The notes beneath the pieces were generated by a model. That model did no database searches. It saw only the letters and a program-made list of their open reading frames with translations, and was not told where the DNA came from. A stretch of 64,000 nucleotides of DNA, taken from the NCBI GenBank assembly GCA_965214705.1, contig OZ243972.1:1504001-1568000 (forward strand), given 5' to 3'. The DNA comes from Alphaproteobacteria bacterium. Its GTDB lineage: Bacteria > Pseudomonadota > Alphaproteobacteria > UBA828. Shown in pieces: positions 33,055 through 43,624 of the stretch (the first letter of the stretch is position 1; each line of letters opens with the position of its first letter). A program made the translations under genes and the position numbers.

Positions 33055-33468
33055 ATGATGCCCACGGCCACCTGCCAGTATTGCGGCATCTGGAACGGGC
33101 CGGCAGACCAATGCGGCCCGCTCAAGAACGCCTGGGAGCGCGTCCAACCGGGAGACACGGTTCCGGCCGGCGAGTGCCCGAAGTGCAACGCCTCCGCGAT
33201 GCTCGACGAGACGAGGCAGGAACCCAGCGCCACCATCGTCACCACGCTGGTGCCGGAGCGCGCCACGAAGTTCGGCGTCCGCTCGACCGCGTCGGCCCTC
33301 GCCGACGTCATGTGGCTCGCCGCCAGCAGGTACAGCTACCGCGTCGAGGACCTCGGATCATCCGGCTTCCGGGTCGCGGTCTACCGCGAGACACCGAAGC
33401 GCGACACCGCTCCGCGCGGCTACCTGCGCATCGAGACCGCGTCAGCACAGCGGCGCCATCGGGCGTGA
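33055..33468 (+). CDS. small Zn-ribbon-like protein
   Basis: AAGGAG RBS; CQYC..RVQPGDTVPAGECPKC. Confidence 0.7.
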   Translation: MMPTATCQYCGIWNGPADQCGPLKNAWERVQPGDTVPAGECPKCNASAMLDETRQEPSATIVTTLVPERATKFGVRSTASALADVMWLAASRYSYRVEDLGSSGFRVAVYRETPKRDTAPRGYLRIETASAQRRHRA

Positions 33469-33564
33469 GGCTCTGGAGAAATTGCGAACGCGCGTCTTGC
33501 GCGGGAGTACCCGGAGTCAGCTGGAGGGAACGACCTCGCGGGTTCGAATCCCGCCCGCCCCACC
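33460..33564 (+). ncRNA. degenerate tRNA-like element
   Basis: Perfect T arm GCGGG-TTCGAAT-CCCGC (33538-33554) followed by CCGCCCC-ACC; no canonical D or anticodon arm. Confidence 0.4.
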
Positions 33565-33660
33565 GTTCCCCCGCATCGCGAGGACCGACACCATGACCAA
33601 GGTAGAGACCGCCACCTGCCAGGACTGCGATTGGCAGGGCACCGTCACGGAGGCCGCGTG

Positions 33661-33999
33661 ATGCAGGAGAGAAGCGCGTTCGAATTCGGCGGCAACCGGA
33701 TCGTCCGCCAGTCCGAGCCGATGAAGATCGGTAAGCACGAATGGCGGCTCACCCTCTACCGCTCCCCGCATCACGAGCACCCCCTGATCGGCTACGAATG
33801 GCGCCGCGCCGACGGCGCGCCCATCCGCCGCAGGTACCCCGGCGGCACCTACTGGCTCGACGGCTCCACCTGGATGCGCGACGAGGACTGGCCCTCCTAC
33901 AACCACAACGACGGAGAGTGGGGCGGCATGCCGCGCACCCTGCGCACGCTGTGGGAGAGGTGCCCGTGGGCGCACACGCGCGAGACCCGCCCCGCCTGA
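33661..33999 (+). CDS. hypothetical protein (112 aa)
   Basis: GGAGG RBS; TGATG-coupled to a 22-codon mini-ORF at 33593-33661. Confidence 0.65.
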   Translation: MQERSAFEFGGNRIVRQSEPMKIGKHEWRLTLYRSPHHEHPLIGYEWRRADGAPIRRRYPGGTYWLDGSTWMRDEDWPSYNHNDGEWGGMPRTLRTLWERCPWAHTRETRPA

Positions 34000-34184
34000 C
34001 GCTCCCCGATAGCGCGACGCACCCTCGCCGCCTGCAGCACGGCCCGGCCTCTCGCCGCCGGGAGGTCCGGGCAGCCCCGCGCGGGGCGGCCGGCCGGGGC
34101 CTGGAGCGGGCAATCCCTCCCCGTCCCACCGGGCCGCACTGCCGCCCTGACGCGCCCCCTGCGCGAGCCACGGAGGAACTCCGC

Positions 34185-34940
34185 ATGATGCCTTCGACCG
34201 AGACCCTCGGCCGCCACACCGTCCTTGCGGCCATTCTCGTCACCGCCCGCGCGATCGTCGCCGATCCCGCGCGCTGGTGCCACTACCACCACGCCAAGGA
34301 CGCCAACGGCCACACCTGCGAAGGACGTTCGGACCGCGCCGCCGCGTGGGGCGCCGTCGGCGCCCTCGACCGCGCGGCCGCTGACGCCGGCGCGGCGCAC
34401 GTCAACTTCCTCGACGCCCAGCAGCACATGAAGGACGCGTCCGTCATCGCCGGGCGCAAGTGGACCGGCACACCCTGGCTCCTCAGCACCGAGGCCGCAC
34501 ACGCCATGACCGTGGCGTGTTTCGACGAAGCGCTCGACATCCTGCGCAAGCCGCCCGCTCCCGGCCCGCTCCACGCCCTCGCCGTGGCCCGCACCCTGAT
34601 CGCCCGGCCCGAGCGCTGGGCGCAAGGCGCCATCGCCCTCGACCGGCGCGGCCGCGCCCTCGTCACCTTCGACGGCGGGTGCCGCTTCTGCGCCGCCGGC
34701 GCGCTCGGCCTTGCCAGCCACGTGCTGACCGAGCGGCCCCCGGACGGCAAGCTCGCCGGGTCCCCCTTCGACCAAGCCGAGCGCCTGCTCGACTCCGCTG
34801 CCTACAAGCTCGGCGAGTACCAGAGCTACATCGGCCTCAACGAGCACGACACTCACGCCAAGGTCGTCGCCATGTTCGACCACGCCCTCGACATGGCGCG
34901 TGCGGACTCCGCCCCTAGCCCGGAGGCATCGTCACCATGA
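34185..34940 (+). CDS. DUF6197-like protein, two tandem domains
   Basis: GGAGGA RBS; AR.(L/I)..P..W..A.D..G..C..GAL motif occurs twice. Confidence 0.65.
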   Translation: MMPSTETLGRHTVLAAILVTARAIVADPARWCHYHHAKDANGHTCEGRSDRAAAWGAVGALDRAAADAGAAHVNFLDAQQHMKDASVIAGRKWTGTPWLLSTEAAHAMTVACFDEALDILRKPPAPGPLHALAVARTLIARPERWAQGAIALDRRGRALVTFDGGCRFCAAGALGLASHVLTERPPDGKLAGSPFDQAERLLDSAAYKLGEYQSYIGLNEHDTHAKVVAMFDHALDMARADSAPSPEASSP

Positions 34941-35359
34941 CCGCCACCGCCCCCACGCCCCGCGACCTCCTCGTCGAGGCGCGCACGCTCATCGCCAGGC
35001 CCGAGGACTGGACCCAGGGCGCCGCCGCGCGCGACGTCGACGGCGAGCCCGTCGGCGTCGAGCATCAGGACGCCGTCTCGTGGTGCGCCACCGGCGCGAT
35101 CAACTGCGCCATGTACCGCCATGCGGATTCCCTGGACGTCCCGCCGCCGCTGCAGCAGGCCCGCAACCAGGCCGGGACCATTCTCACCAGGACCGTGCGG
35201 GCGCTGACCCTCGGCCATTACACGGAGGCCACCACTTATAACGATCAGACCAATCACGGCTGCGTCGTACATGCCTTCGATATCGCGATCGCCGACGCCG
35301 ACAGACTTTGCGGCAAGCACTCGAGCGGCCGCGCCAGGGGCACGGAGCGCGCACGATGA
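34937..35359 (+). CDS. DUF6197-like protein, single domain
   Basis: LLVEARTLIARPEDWTQGAAARDVDG..WCATGAI; ATGA overlap. Confidence 0.65.
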   Translation: MTATAPTPRDLLVEARTLIARPEDWTQGAAARDVDGEPVGVEHQDAVSWCATGAINCAMYRHADSLDVPPPLQQARNQAGTILTRTVRALTLGHYTEATTYNDQTNHGCVVHAFDIAIADADRLCGKHSSGRARGTERAR

Positions 35360-35690
35360 CCGCCGCCGCCCGCCTTCCCCGCACGATCCGGAATCCGTAC
35401 CGCACGCCGCGTCCCGCGGTGATCAGCTTCTCAGGGGGCCGCACCTCGGGGTTCATGCTGAAGAAGATCCGATCCTGGCGGACTGGTGGATAGAGCAAGA
35501 GGCCAAGGTCGCGAATCGCACCGGCCCCGACGGCCGCGCCGGCGAATCGATGAAGCGCTTCCGCCTCGGCGAGACCTACGCCGAGCTGAAGGCCGCCGCG
35601 CTCGCCCACCGCGACCTGTTCGACGATGGCGCGGCGTCCTCCGCCAACGACGGCGACACCGATACCTTCGACTGCCACCGCACCGACTGA
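35356..35690 (+). pseudogene. PAPS-reductase-like protein with large internal deletion
   Basis: N-terminal AVISFSGGRTSGFML abuts out-of-frame C-terminal ADWWIEQE..RFR..YAEL..DC.RTD. Confidence 0.65.
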
Positions 35691-36150
35691 TCTCCGCCAC
35701 TCCTCTTCCCGCCGCGCTCCGCCGAGAGGTCGAGCGGGATGCGTGACTTCCGGCGAGGGCCGGTGCTCGCGGAGCGAGTCCGGTCCTCTCCCATCCACGC
35801 ATTCCCGGAGACCGTTTCATGCACGACCCAGTCATCCGATCCATCCCGCTCCACCGGCTGGAGCGCTCGCCCGCCAACGTCCGCAAGACGGAGGCCGGCA
35901 AGAGCGCGTTCGCCGAGCTCAAGGCATCCATCGCCGCCCACGGCCTGCTCGAGAACCTCGTGGCCCGCTCCATCGGTCCCGCCGAGGACGGCAGCGAGCG
36001 CTTCGCCGTCATCGCCGGGGCCAGGCGTCTGGCCGCGCTGAACGACCTCGCTCGCAAGGGCAGCATCGCTTCCGACTTCCCCGTGCCCTGCCGCGTCATC
36101 GAGAACGGTCTGAGCGACACCGAGCTTTCGCTCGCAGAAAATGTGCTCCA

Positions 36151-38310
36151 CCCAAGTTGGCACTTTTCCGCTGCCTGTGTTCCCTATTGGTTTGATTCAA
36201 CGCGATATTTTTCTCGGTCGATTCCAACATGGCCCCACATTTTGTGAGATTCTGTCAGCTCATCAGACGGGTCCTCGTGCGGTGGATGGCGGGGTCCACG
36301 CCCGCCGCCGAGGAGATTGCGGCAACCTCGGCGGCCGGGCGCGTGTCCTGGCGGTTGACGATCAAGGTGCCGTCGGTCTGGCGCAGGCGCGTGGTGATCC
36401 GCACCCAGGTCCGCATGCTCTCGCGGATCGACGCCCAGCACTTGTGGATGCCGCGCGCGGCCAGCCGGGTACGGATCAGATGCACGGCGTGGTAGGCCAG
36501 CACGGCGATCAGCAGGTGGGCCGCGATGCGCCGGTCGAGCTGGTGCCAGATCGGGCGAAGGCCGAGCTCGGATTTCAGGCTCCGGAATGTCGCCTCGATA
36601 TCCGTGATCCGCCAGTACGTCCGCAGGACCGTCTCGATGTCCCAGTCGACGTGGCTGGTGCGCAGCACATAGGCACCGGCGCCCTCATCGGCCTCGTCGT
36701 ATCGCGGCCTGCGCTTGAAGCGCACGGCGGTGGCATTGGGGCCGGTTTTCGCCCTCTCGACCGTGATCTCGTAGTGCCTGGCGACGGCGGAGAAGCGCTG
36801 CTTGAGGCGGCCTATGCTCTCCAGCACCTTGTCGTAGCGCTTGAGGCGGCCCTTGACCGGGAGGCCGCCGTGGAGCCTTTCCAGCGCCGCCTCGAAGCGG
36901 TTCCGCCTCAGGCCGATGATCGCGTTCTCGGCCTTCTTCTTGCCCTCGCTGACGACGTAGAGCCGCGCCTCGCCGTCCTCGCTGGCAAGCCGCCAGGCCC
37001 GCACCTCGTGGCGCGCGCTGGTGATCAGCAGGGCCTCGGGTCCGCCCTCGGGCGGCGCAGGCCTGGCACCGCGGCTGACCGCGATCCAGTCGTAGCCCTG
37101 CTCGCCCAGCCACGCGATGTTTTTCTCGGTGGCGATGCCCGCGTCCATGACCACCGTGGGCTTCGGCGCCGTGCCGCCGCACACCGCCTCGAGCCGCGCC
37201 AGCGCCTCGTGCAGCGTGCCCGGCTCGCTCACGTTGCCCGGCAGGATCTCGCAACTGCGCGGGAAGCCCGCGCCGTCGAGCGCCAGCGCCAGCGTGATGA
37301 GGGGACAGTCGTCGCGCTTCTGCTTGGAGCGCCCGAACCTGGGAAGCTCGCCGCCCGTGTGGCCGTGGTAGTGGACGTTGGTGAGATCGTAGAAGGCGAT
37401 CGTCTCGGGCAGGTCGAGCAGTGCGCGCTCACGGTTGAACAGCTCCCGCTGGATGGCGGCGCGGTGGCGCCAGAGCAGGTCGCCGATGCGGTAGAGCGTC
37501 TTGCGCCGCAGCGCCTTGCGGTCGCCCTCCAGGCCCAGGAGCTCGGCGGCCGCGCTGTCGTGGCGGAGCCAGCGGCTGGTATCACGCTCGCTGGCGGGAT
37601 GGACCATCCTGGCGACGATCAGCGCGCTGGCGATGCGCCCGTCGCGGCCCTTGATGTCGAGGCCGTGGAGGATTTCGGCGAAGCCGAGGGCGTCGAGGGC
37701 CTTGAGGCACAGGCGCTCGCAGCCGACCGTGCGCGGGTTCTCGTGCTCCAGGGTATCGAGGTCGACGGTGGCGATGTCGGGCTTGCGCGCCTCTTCCTGC
37801 ATCGCCTCGACGCGGAACCCCCTGGCCCTGAGCTTGGCGACGATGTCCTCGGCTGCGGCCCGCACATCCGCCTCGCCCTCGAACAGCGGCGGCTTGCCGT
37901 GAAGCAGCGCCTCGGCGAGTTCGGTGACGGCCTTCCACTTCTCGCGCGGCACCGGATAGTCGGTGCCGAGATTGAGCAGCGTCCTGTGGCGCACCTTGTC
38001 GCCGACGCGCTGGGCGAGCACGAGGCGATGGCTTCGGACCGGCTGGCCGGCCTTGTCGGTGTGTGTCCTGGTTGCCTTGATGTACATGGCGGCGCCGTTT
38101 CTGCGATGCCTGTTTCGCATACACGGCGTTCGCGGCATCTGGCAAGAGGGATATCGACTCAACTCCAAAGTCCTGGCCCCACAATTGGCTTCCAGGACCA
38201 CGAATGGCAAATGTGGGTCTCAGGTGTCCTCCAACCCCAACATCTAGTGGTTCAGCGCCGCAAAACTGGCTCGAACAGGCTCGGCTGGTCGGAAAAAGTG
38301 CCAACTTGGG
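36151..38310 (-). mobile_element. IS1634-family insertion sequence
   Basis: IR CCCAAGTTGGCACTTTT / AAAAGTGCCAACTTGGG; TCCA duplicated on both sides. Confidence 0.92.
36255..38087 (-). CDS. IS1634-family transposase
   Basis: FYDLTN, FGRSKQKRDD, VMDAGIA, IEATFRSLKSELGLRPIWH. Confidence 0.92.
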   Translation of the reverse strand: MYIKATRTHTDKAGQPVRSHRLVLAQRVGDKVRHRTLLNLGTDYPVPREKWKAVTELAEALLHGKPPLFEGEADVRAAAEDIVAKLRARGFRVEAMQEEARKPDIATVDLDTLEHENPRTVGCERLCLKALDALGFAEILHGLDIKGRDGRIASALIVARMVHPASERDTSRWLRHDSAAAELLGLEGDRKALRRKTLYRIGDLLWRHRAAIQRELFNRERALLDLPETIAFYDLTNVHYHGHTGGELPRFGRSKQKRDDCPLITLALALDGAGFPRSCEILPGNVSEPGTLHEALARLEAVCGGTAPKPTVVMDAGIATEKNIAWLGEQGYDWIAVSRGARPAPPEGGPEALLITSARHEVRAWRLASEDGEARLYVVSEGKKKAENAIIGLRRNRFEAALERLHGGLPVKGRLKRYDKVLESIGRLKQRFSAVARHYEITVERAKTGPNATAVRFKRRPRYDEADEGAGAYVLRTSHVDWDIETVLRTYWRITDIEATFRSLKSELGLRPIWHQLDRRIAAHLLIAVLAYHAVHLIRTRLAARGIHKCWASIRESMRTWVRITTRLRQTDGTLIVNRQDTRPAAEVAAISSAAGVDPAIHRTRTRLMS

Positions 38311-38930
38311 TCCAGGCCGCAATGCATCCGGCCGACCAAGTGCAGGCCTTCGGCGCGCTCGCGCTCGCCGGCGCCACCGTTGCCGACATCGCCGCCCGTT
38401 TCGGCGTTTCCGAGCACATCGTCGAGCAGCGCCTCCGCCTCGGCCACGCCGCGCCGGAGCTGCTGGACGCCTACCGGGAGAACGCCATCGACCTGGAGAC
38501 CTTGAAGGCCTTCGCCGTCACCACCGACACCGCGCGCCAGGTGATGGTGTGGTCCCGAATTCGATATTACTGGGGTGCGTCAGGTAGTGGAGTGAGTCGT
38601 TTTCTCTCCTGCGTATGTGTTACATTACAGGTGATTGGGTCGTTTCGCAAGAGGATTGTGGCGGCTTTTATCTGATATAAAATTTTACGCCTTGAACCGA
38701 TCAGTTGCAATCTGGGAAGTGAAGGCGTATGTCAGGAGTGGCGAGTCTGTCGTTGCGGAGAAACACACGATGGATATTCGCGTTGTAGAGGGGGTAAGGC
38801 GGTGGGTTCCGGTGACGTATGCGGATGGGTAAGTCGTAACTGTTTTATATGGTGTTATGCAGGTGGTTGCGGCACGAAGGCGGGGCCTTCGAGGTTTGTC
38901 ACGCAGTATTGCACCGTCCCCGGGGTGCCC

Positions 38931-40632
<1,702 letters not shown>

Positions 40633-40674
40633 GGGGTTTATATCCGAAGGTAACCGCGACCCATAAATAGGACC

Positions 40675-40941
40675 ATGGACACTGAGACGAAACGTCAGAT
40701 CATAGCCGAGCTGAGCGATAAGACGCTCAGGAGCTACCGCAAGAAGACAAAAGGCGACGATGACCGGTGGATCGGTCGAGCCATCGCGAAGGCCAAGATG
40801 ACCGGCAAGGTCGATCCCAACGCGCGCGACGAGACCAGCGTGGAGATCGGCAGCACTGAGCGGGAAGCAAGGGCACGAAGGAAGGCGAAGAAGGCGCTAC
40901 GGAGAGTCGTCAGGAACTTTCGCTCGCGTCGCGAGTCCTGA
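40675..40941 (+). CDS. small basic protein with T4-like-phage ELSxxTLxSYxKK motif
   Basis: IIAELSDKTLRSYRKK..RWIGRAIAKAK; ATAAATA ends 5 nt upstream of the ATG. Confidence 0.6.
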   Translation: MDTETKRQIIAELSDKTLRSYRKKTKGDDDRWIGRAIAKAKMTGKVDPNARDETSVEIGSTEREARARRKAKKALRRVVRNFRSRRES

Positions 40942-41718
40942 CGCACTGGGTTTCAACCACGCCGGGTTCCCAGCGCGAGGCCAGAACAGTACAGGCGCCG
41001 CCATTCCCTTCTTTCTGTAGTCGTCGGGTAGCTTCTTTCTAACGTATCGGTCGAACGCGTCGCCGACGAAGACCTGTCTACCGACGAATCCGAACTTGTT
41101 CTTTCTCTCGTCAAGGGTACGACCTTCGGGTCGCCACGTACAGTCCTCGAACACGGCTACACAGGTCCCGTCGACTATCGCGAGTACGTAGTCCGCTCGA
41201 TTCGCCTTATCGCACTTGATCGTCCAACAGCATCGAACGGCTTCGTAAACACTACCCCATCGGTTGATCGTTTGCTCCTTAGTCTTGATGAAGATAAGTC
41301 GATGATGCGGGTCCGGTTTCATTGGCGGTGGGGCGTATCGTTCCTCGAGTTGTTCGGCAGTCGCCGGACCTCGTTTTCTTGAGTCCTCTCCCGTTGCCAA
41401 GTTGGTCAGCCCGCGCATTGCGTCGATCAATGCCGCCTCGACTTCCTTCGCCGTTTCCTCGCTCATTCCGTGACGGTGCACCACGTGACCCGGTTCGAGA
41501 CCGGCGAGTCGAATCTCGTGTATGATCTCTAGCTTTTCCGTAGGAGGATCGGTCTCCTCGTTCAGTACGAGATCCGCGTTCGCGTGAGCGTATACTCGAT
41601 CACCTTGTCCTCTCCCAACGTAGAAGGTTTGACCGTTTCTTGGATCGATCAGTCGGTATACGTAGTGATCGATCTCTCTCGCGACGCCGCTGGAAAATGA
41701 CTTTCGAACCTTGCCCAT
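40897..41718 (-). CDS. LEM-3-like GIY-YIG nuclease
   Basis: HYVYRLIDPRNGQTFYVGRGQGDRVYAH..HRHG..EVEAALID..LTN. Confidence 0.88.
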   Translation of the reverse strand: MGKVRKSFSSGVAREIDHYVYRLIDPRNGQTFYVGRGQGDRVYAHANADLVLNEETDPPTEKLEIIHEIRLAGLEPGHVVHRHGMSEETAKEVEAALIDAMRGLTNLATGEDSRKRGPATAEQLEERYAPPPMKPDPHHRLIFIKTKEQTINRWGSVYEAVRCCWTIKCDKANRADYVLAIVDGTCVAVFEDCTWRPEGRTLDERKNKFGFVGRQVFVGDAFDRYVRKKLPDDYRKKGMAAPVLFWPRAGNPAWLKPSASGLATRAKVPDDSP

Positions 41719-41738
41719 ACCACACCCCACGTCCGTTC

Positions 41739-41893
41739 CGGCCCGGCCGTGGTGCCGGGCCGTTGCAGAAACGCACGCGAACGTGAGAAACCCCGCCTAT
41801 TCGCCGGGCAAGGGTGGCCAGACCCAAGTCGGGTAGCAGGCTGTTCTATTCAGCGGGCGACCCGACGGAGCGGGTTCACGCGCGTTTCTGCGG
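41739..41893 (-). ncRNA. structured leader or ncRNA upstream of the GIY-YIG gene
   Basis: 18-bp stem 41765-41782/41874-41891 with inner hairpins, plus a 9-bp hairpin at 41739-41762. Confidence 0.5.
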
Positions 41894-41898
41894 GATCG

Positions 41899-41928
41899 AG
41901 GCTAGGACGGACGGGAGACGGGCGTCAA
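41899..41928 (-). promoter_or_regulatory. sigma70-like promoter for leader and GIY-YIG gene
   Basis: TTGACG-N18-TAGCCT. Confidence 0.55.
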
Positions 41929-41953
41929 GCGACACCGGCGACTAAATAGCGGC

Positions 41954-42030
41954 GGTTCCGTAGCTCAGTTGGATAGAGCAGTTGTCTTCCACGCTTCAGG
42001 TTGCGGGTTCGAGTCCCGCCGGAACCGCCA
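41954..42030 (+). tRNA. aberrant tRNA (Arg-like body, TCC in anticodon position, mispaired anticodon stem)
   Basis: Acceptor GGTTCCG/CGGAACC-GCCA; D arm GCTC-AGTTGGATA-GAGC; T arm GCGGG-TTCGAGT-CCCGC. Confidence 0.8.
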
Positions 42031-42059
42031 CGGCAGTATTTATCGAGACGATTCAATGA

Positions 42060-43136
42060 TCAAGCGGCCCGCTTGACCTCGACCTCGACGAGCGATTCCT
42101 GATCGCGTTGATCGTCGAGCGTGAGGGTGTCCTCGATGGTCTCGACGGTCTCCATCGGTGCCTTGGGTCGCCCACGACGAGGCTGCGTCGTGCCGGGCAC
42201 GAGGTCGCTCATCCTGCATCGGCGTCCGGTCATGCCCTTCGCCAGCTCGCCCATCGCGTCGATGGTGTCGAGTTCGCGAGCGTTGTGCCGGCCGGCGAAC
42301 TCCCGAACGTACCGGTCCAGGTGCCGCTGACTCAGGTGGTGGAACGTTCCCTGGTACCCGCGCTTGAGTTGCGCCCAGAAGGACTCGATCCCGTTGGTGT
42401 GCGCCATCCCGCGGACGTACTCGCCGGCGTTGTGGTCCACCGCCTCGTGCCGCTGCGGGATGCCACCGTAGGCCCGCGCGCCGTCCGTGTACACGGTGGC
42501 GTCCTCGCTCGCCGCCTCCGCCACGAAGCCGTGCAGGGTCTTCCTGTCGGTGGACTCCACGACCCTTGCGCGCACCTTCCCGTCGTCCCTGCCACGCGCG
42601 CCCGCGACGACGGCCTTGCCGCCCGCGCCGCTGCCGTAGCGTTCCCGAAGTTCCCTACGCTTCCCGGCGCGCATGTTCTTGCGCTTACCGCCGACGAACG
42701 TCTCGTCCACCTCGACCCCGCCCTCGAACGCCTCGCGCTCGCGGTCTCCCCACGCCTCGCGCAGTCGGTGCCCGAGGTGCCAGGCGTGCTTCTGGGTGAT
42801 GCCGAGGTCGCGGTGCAGCTTCATGCTGGACACACCCTTGAGACTGGCGACGTGCAGGTAGGTCGCCAGCGCCCAGACGCGGTAGCCCAGCTTGCTCGAC
42901 CGCATGACGGTGCCCGTCCTGAGCGAGAACATCGGGCGCTTGGGACAGGCGCGACAGCGGTGGGTCATGGACGGGTGCCTGACCTCGACCACGTTGTCGC
43001 CGCCGCAGCGCGGACCGTTCGGCCAGTAGACGCTCTCGAACCACCGTTCGGCGGTCGCGTCGTCGGGGAACGCCTCGATCACCTCGACGAGGCTCATGCC
43101 CCTGCGGTGCGCCCTCCCGGGCGCTTTTCCTGCCAT
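42060..43136 (-). CDS. IS1595-family transposase
   Basis: KGVSSMKLHRDLG, VEVDETFVGG, VYTDG, HTNGIESFW..KR, YVREF..RHN. Confidence 0.95.
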   Translation of the reverse strand: MAGKAPGRAHRRGMSLVEVIEAFPDDATAERWFESVYWPNGPRCGGDNVVEVRHPSMTHRCRACPKRPMFSLRTGTVMRSSKLGYRVWALATYLHVASLKGVSSMKLHRDLGITQKHAWHLGHRLREAWGDREREAFEGGVEVDETFVGGKRKNMRAGKRRELRERYGSGAGGKAVVAGARGRDDGKVRARVVESTDRKTLHGFVAEAASEDATVYTDGARAYGGIPQRHEAVDHNAGEYVRGMAHTNGIESFWAQLKRGYQGTFHHLSQRHLDRYVREFAGRHNARELDTIDAMGELAKGMTGRRCRMSDLVPGTTQPRRGRPKAPMETVETIEDTLTLDDQRDQESLVEVEVKRAA

Positions 43137-43163
43137 GACGAACCCTCCGTATGATGTTATGAC

Positions 43164-43192
43164 AGTATAACATATCTTTGAGAGAAAGTCAA
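43164..43192 (-). promoter_or_regulatory. near-consensus sigma70 promoter of the IS1595 transposase
   Basis: TTGACT-N17-TATACT; a divergent TTGACA-N16-TACGAT lies at 43213-43240. Confidence 0.7.
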
Positions 43193-43423
43193 GGAAATCA
43201 GTGCGTTATTGGTTGACAACCCGCGTCGAACGGTTACGATGGACTCATGGTGTCGGTCGGATCATTACTCCTTTCCGGAGGAAGGCGTTAGGTTACCTTG
43301 TTCTCCGGTCGTGACTCTCCAACCGGCACCTCCCACGTGGAGACGTCGGGATCGAACGTCAAGCGACGGTCGTCATATCGTTTGAGACTAAAAACGACGA
43401 AATCGAGCAATCAGGAAGTCGTT

Positions 43424-43624
43424 GTGACTGATCGGAGGTCGCCGTCCTGCGGATCGTGCCGTCACTGGCTACGGGTGAACGAGGATAACGGGCAGTGCCG
43501 TCACGGTGAACCGATCGATGAGTGACCGGTCACCTGTCGGGACGACCTGTGCGGGGAGTACTCGGGACGGTGGCTGGACGAACCGGACGCCGTCAACGTT
43601 GACCGGGTCTGGCGGGGGGTCTAG
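43424..43624 (+). pseudogene. phage-type Cys-rich small protein with in-frame TGA
   Basis: CGSCRHW..GQCR..DE*PVT..DDLCGEY; AGGAAG RBS. Confidence 0.5.

Larger units (their letters stand above)
35819..38552 (+). pseudogene. ParB/Spo0J-like protein, split by IS1634 and 3'-truncated
   Basis: NVRK..SI..HGLLENL..AGARRL..SLAENV|LQAAMHPADQ..IAARFG..RLRL rejoins in frame. Confidence 0.88.

Noticed and set aside
36141-38675. 844-aa plus-strand ORF and similar long ORFs (17870-19594, 53388-55553, 55889-57736)
   Set aside because: Antisense shadows of GC-rich genes; only the tail of the 844-aa ORF is real parB sequence
41954-42030. tRNA as a prophage or ICE attachment site
   Set aside because: It lies inside the IS1595 IRs and no duplicate of its 3' end was seen; the 33538 element has a different acceptor strand
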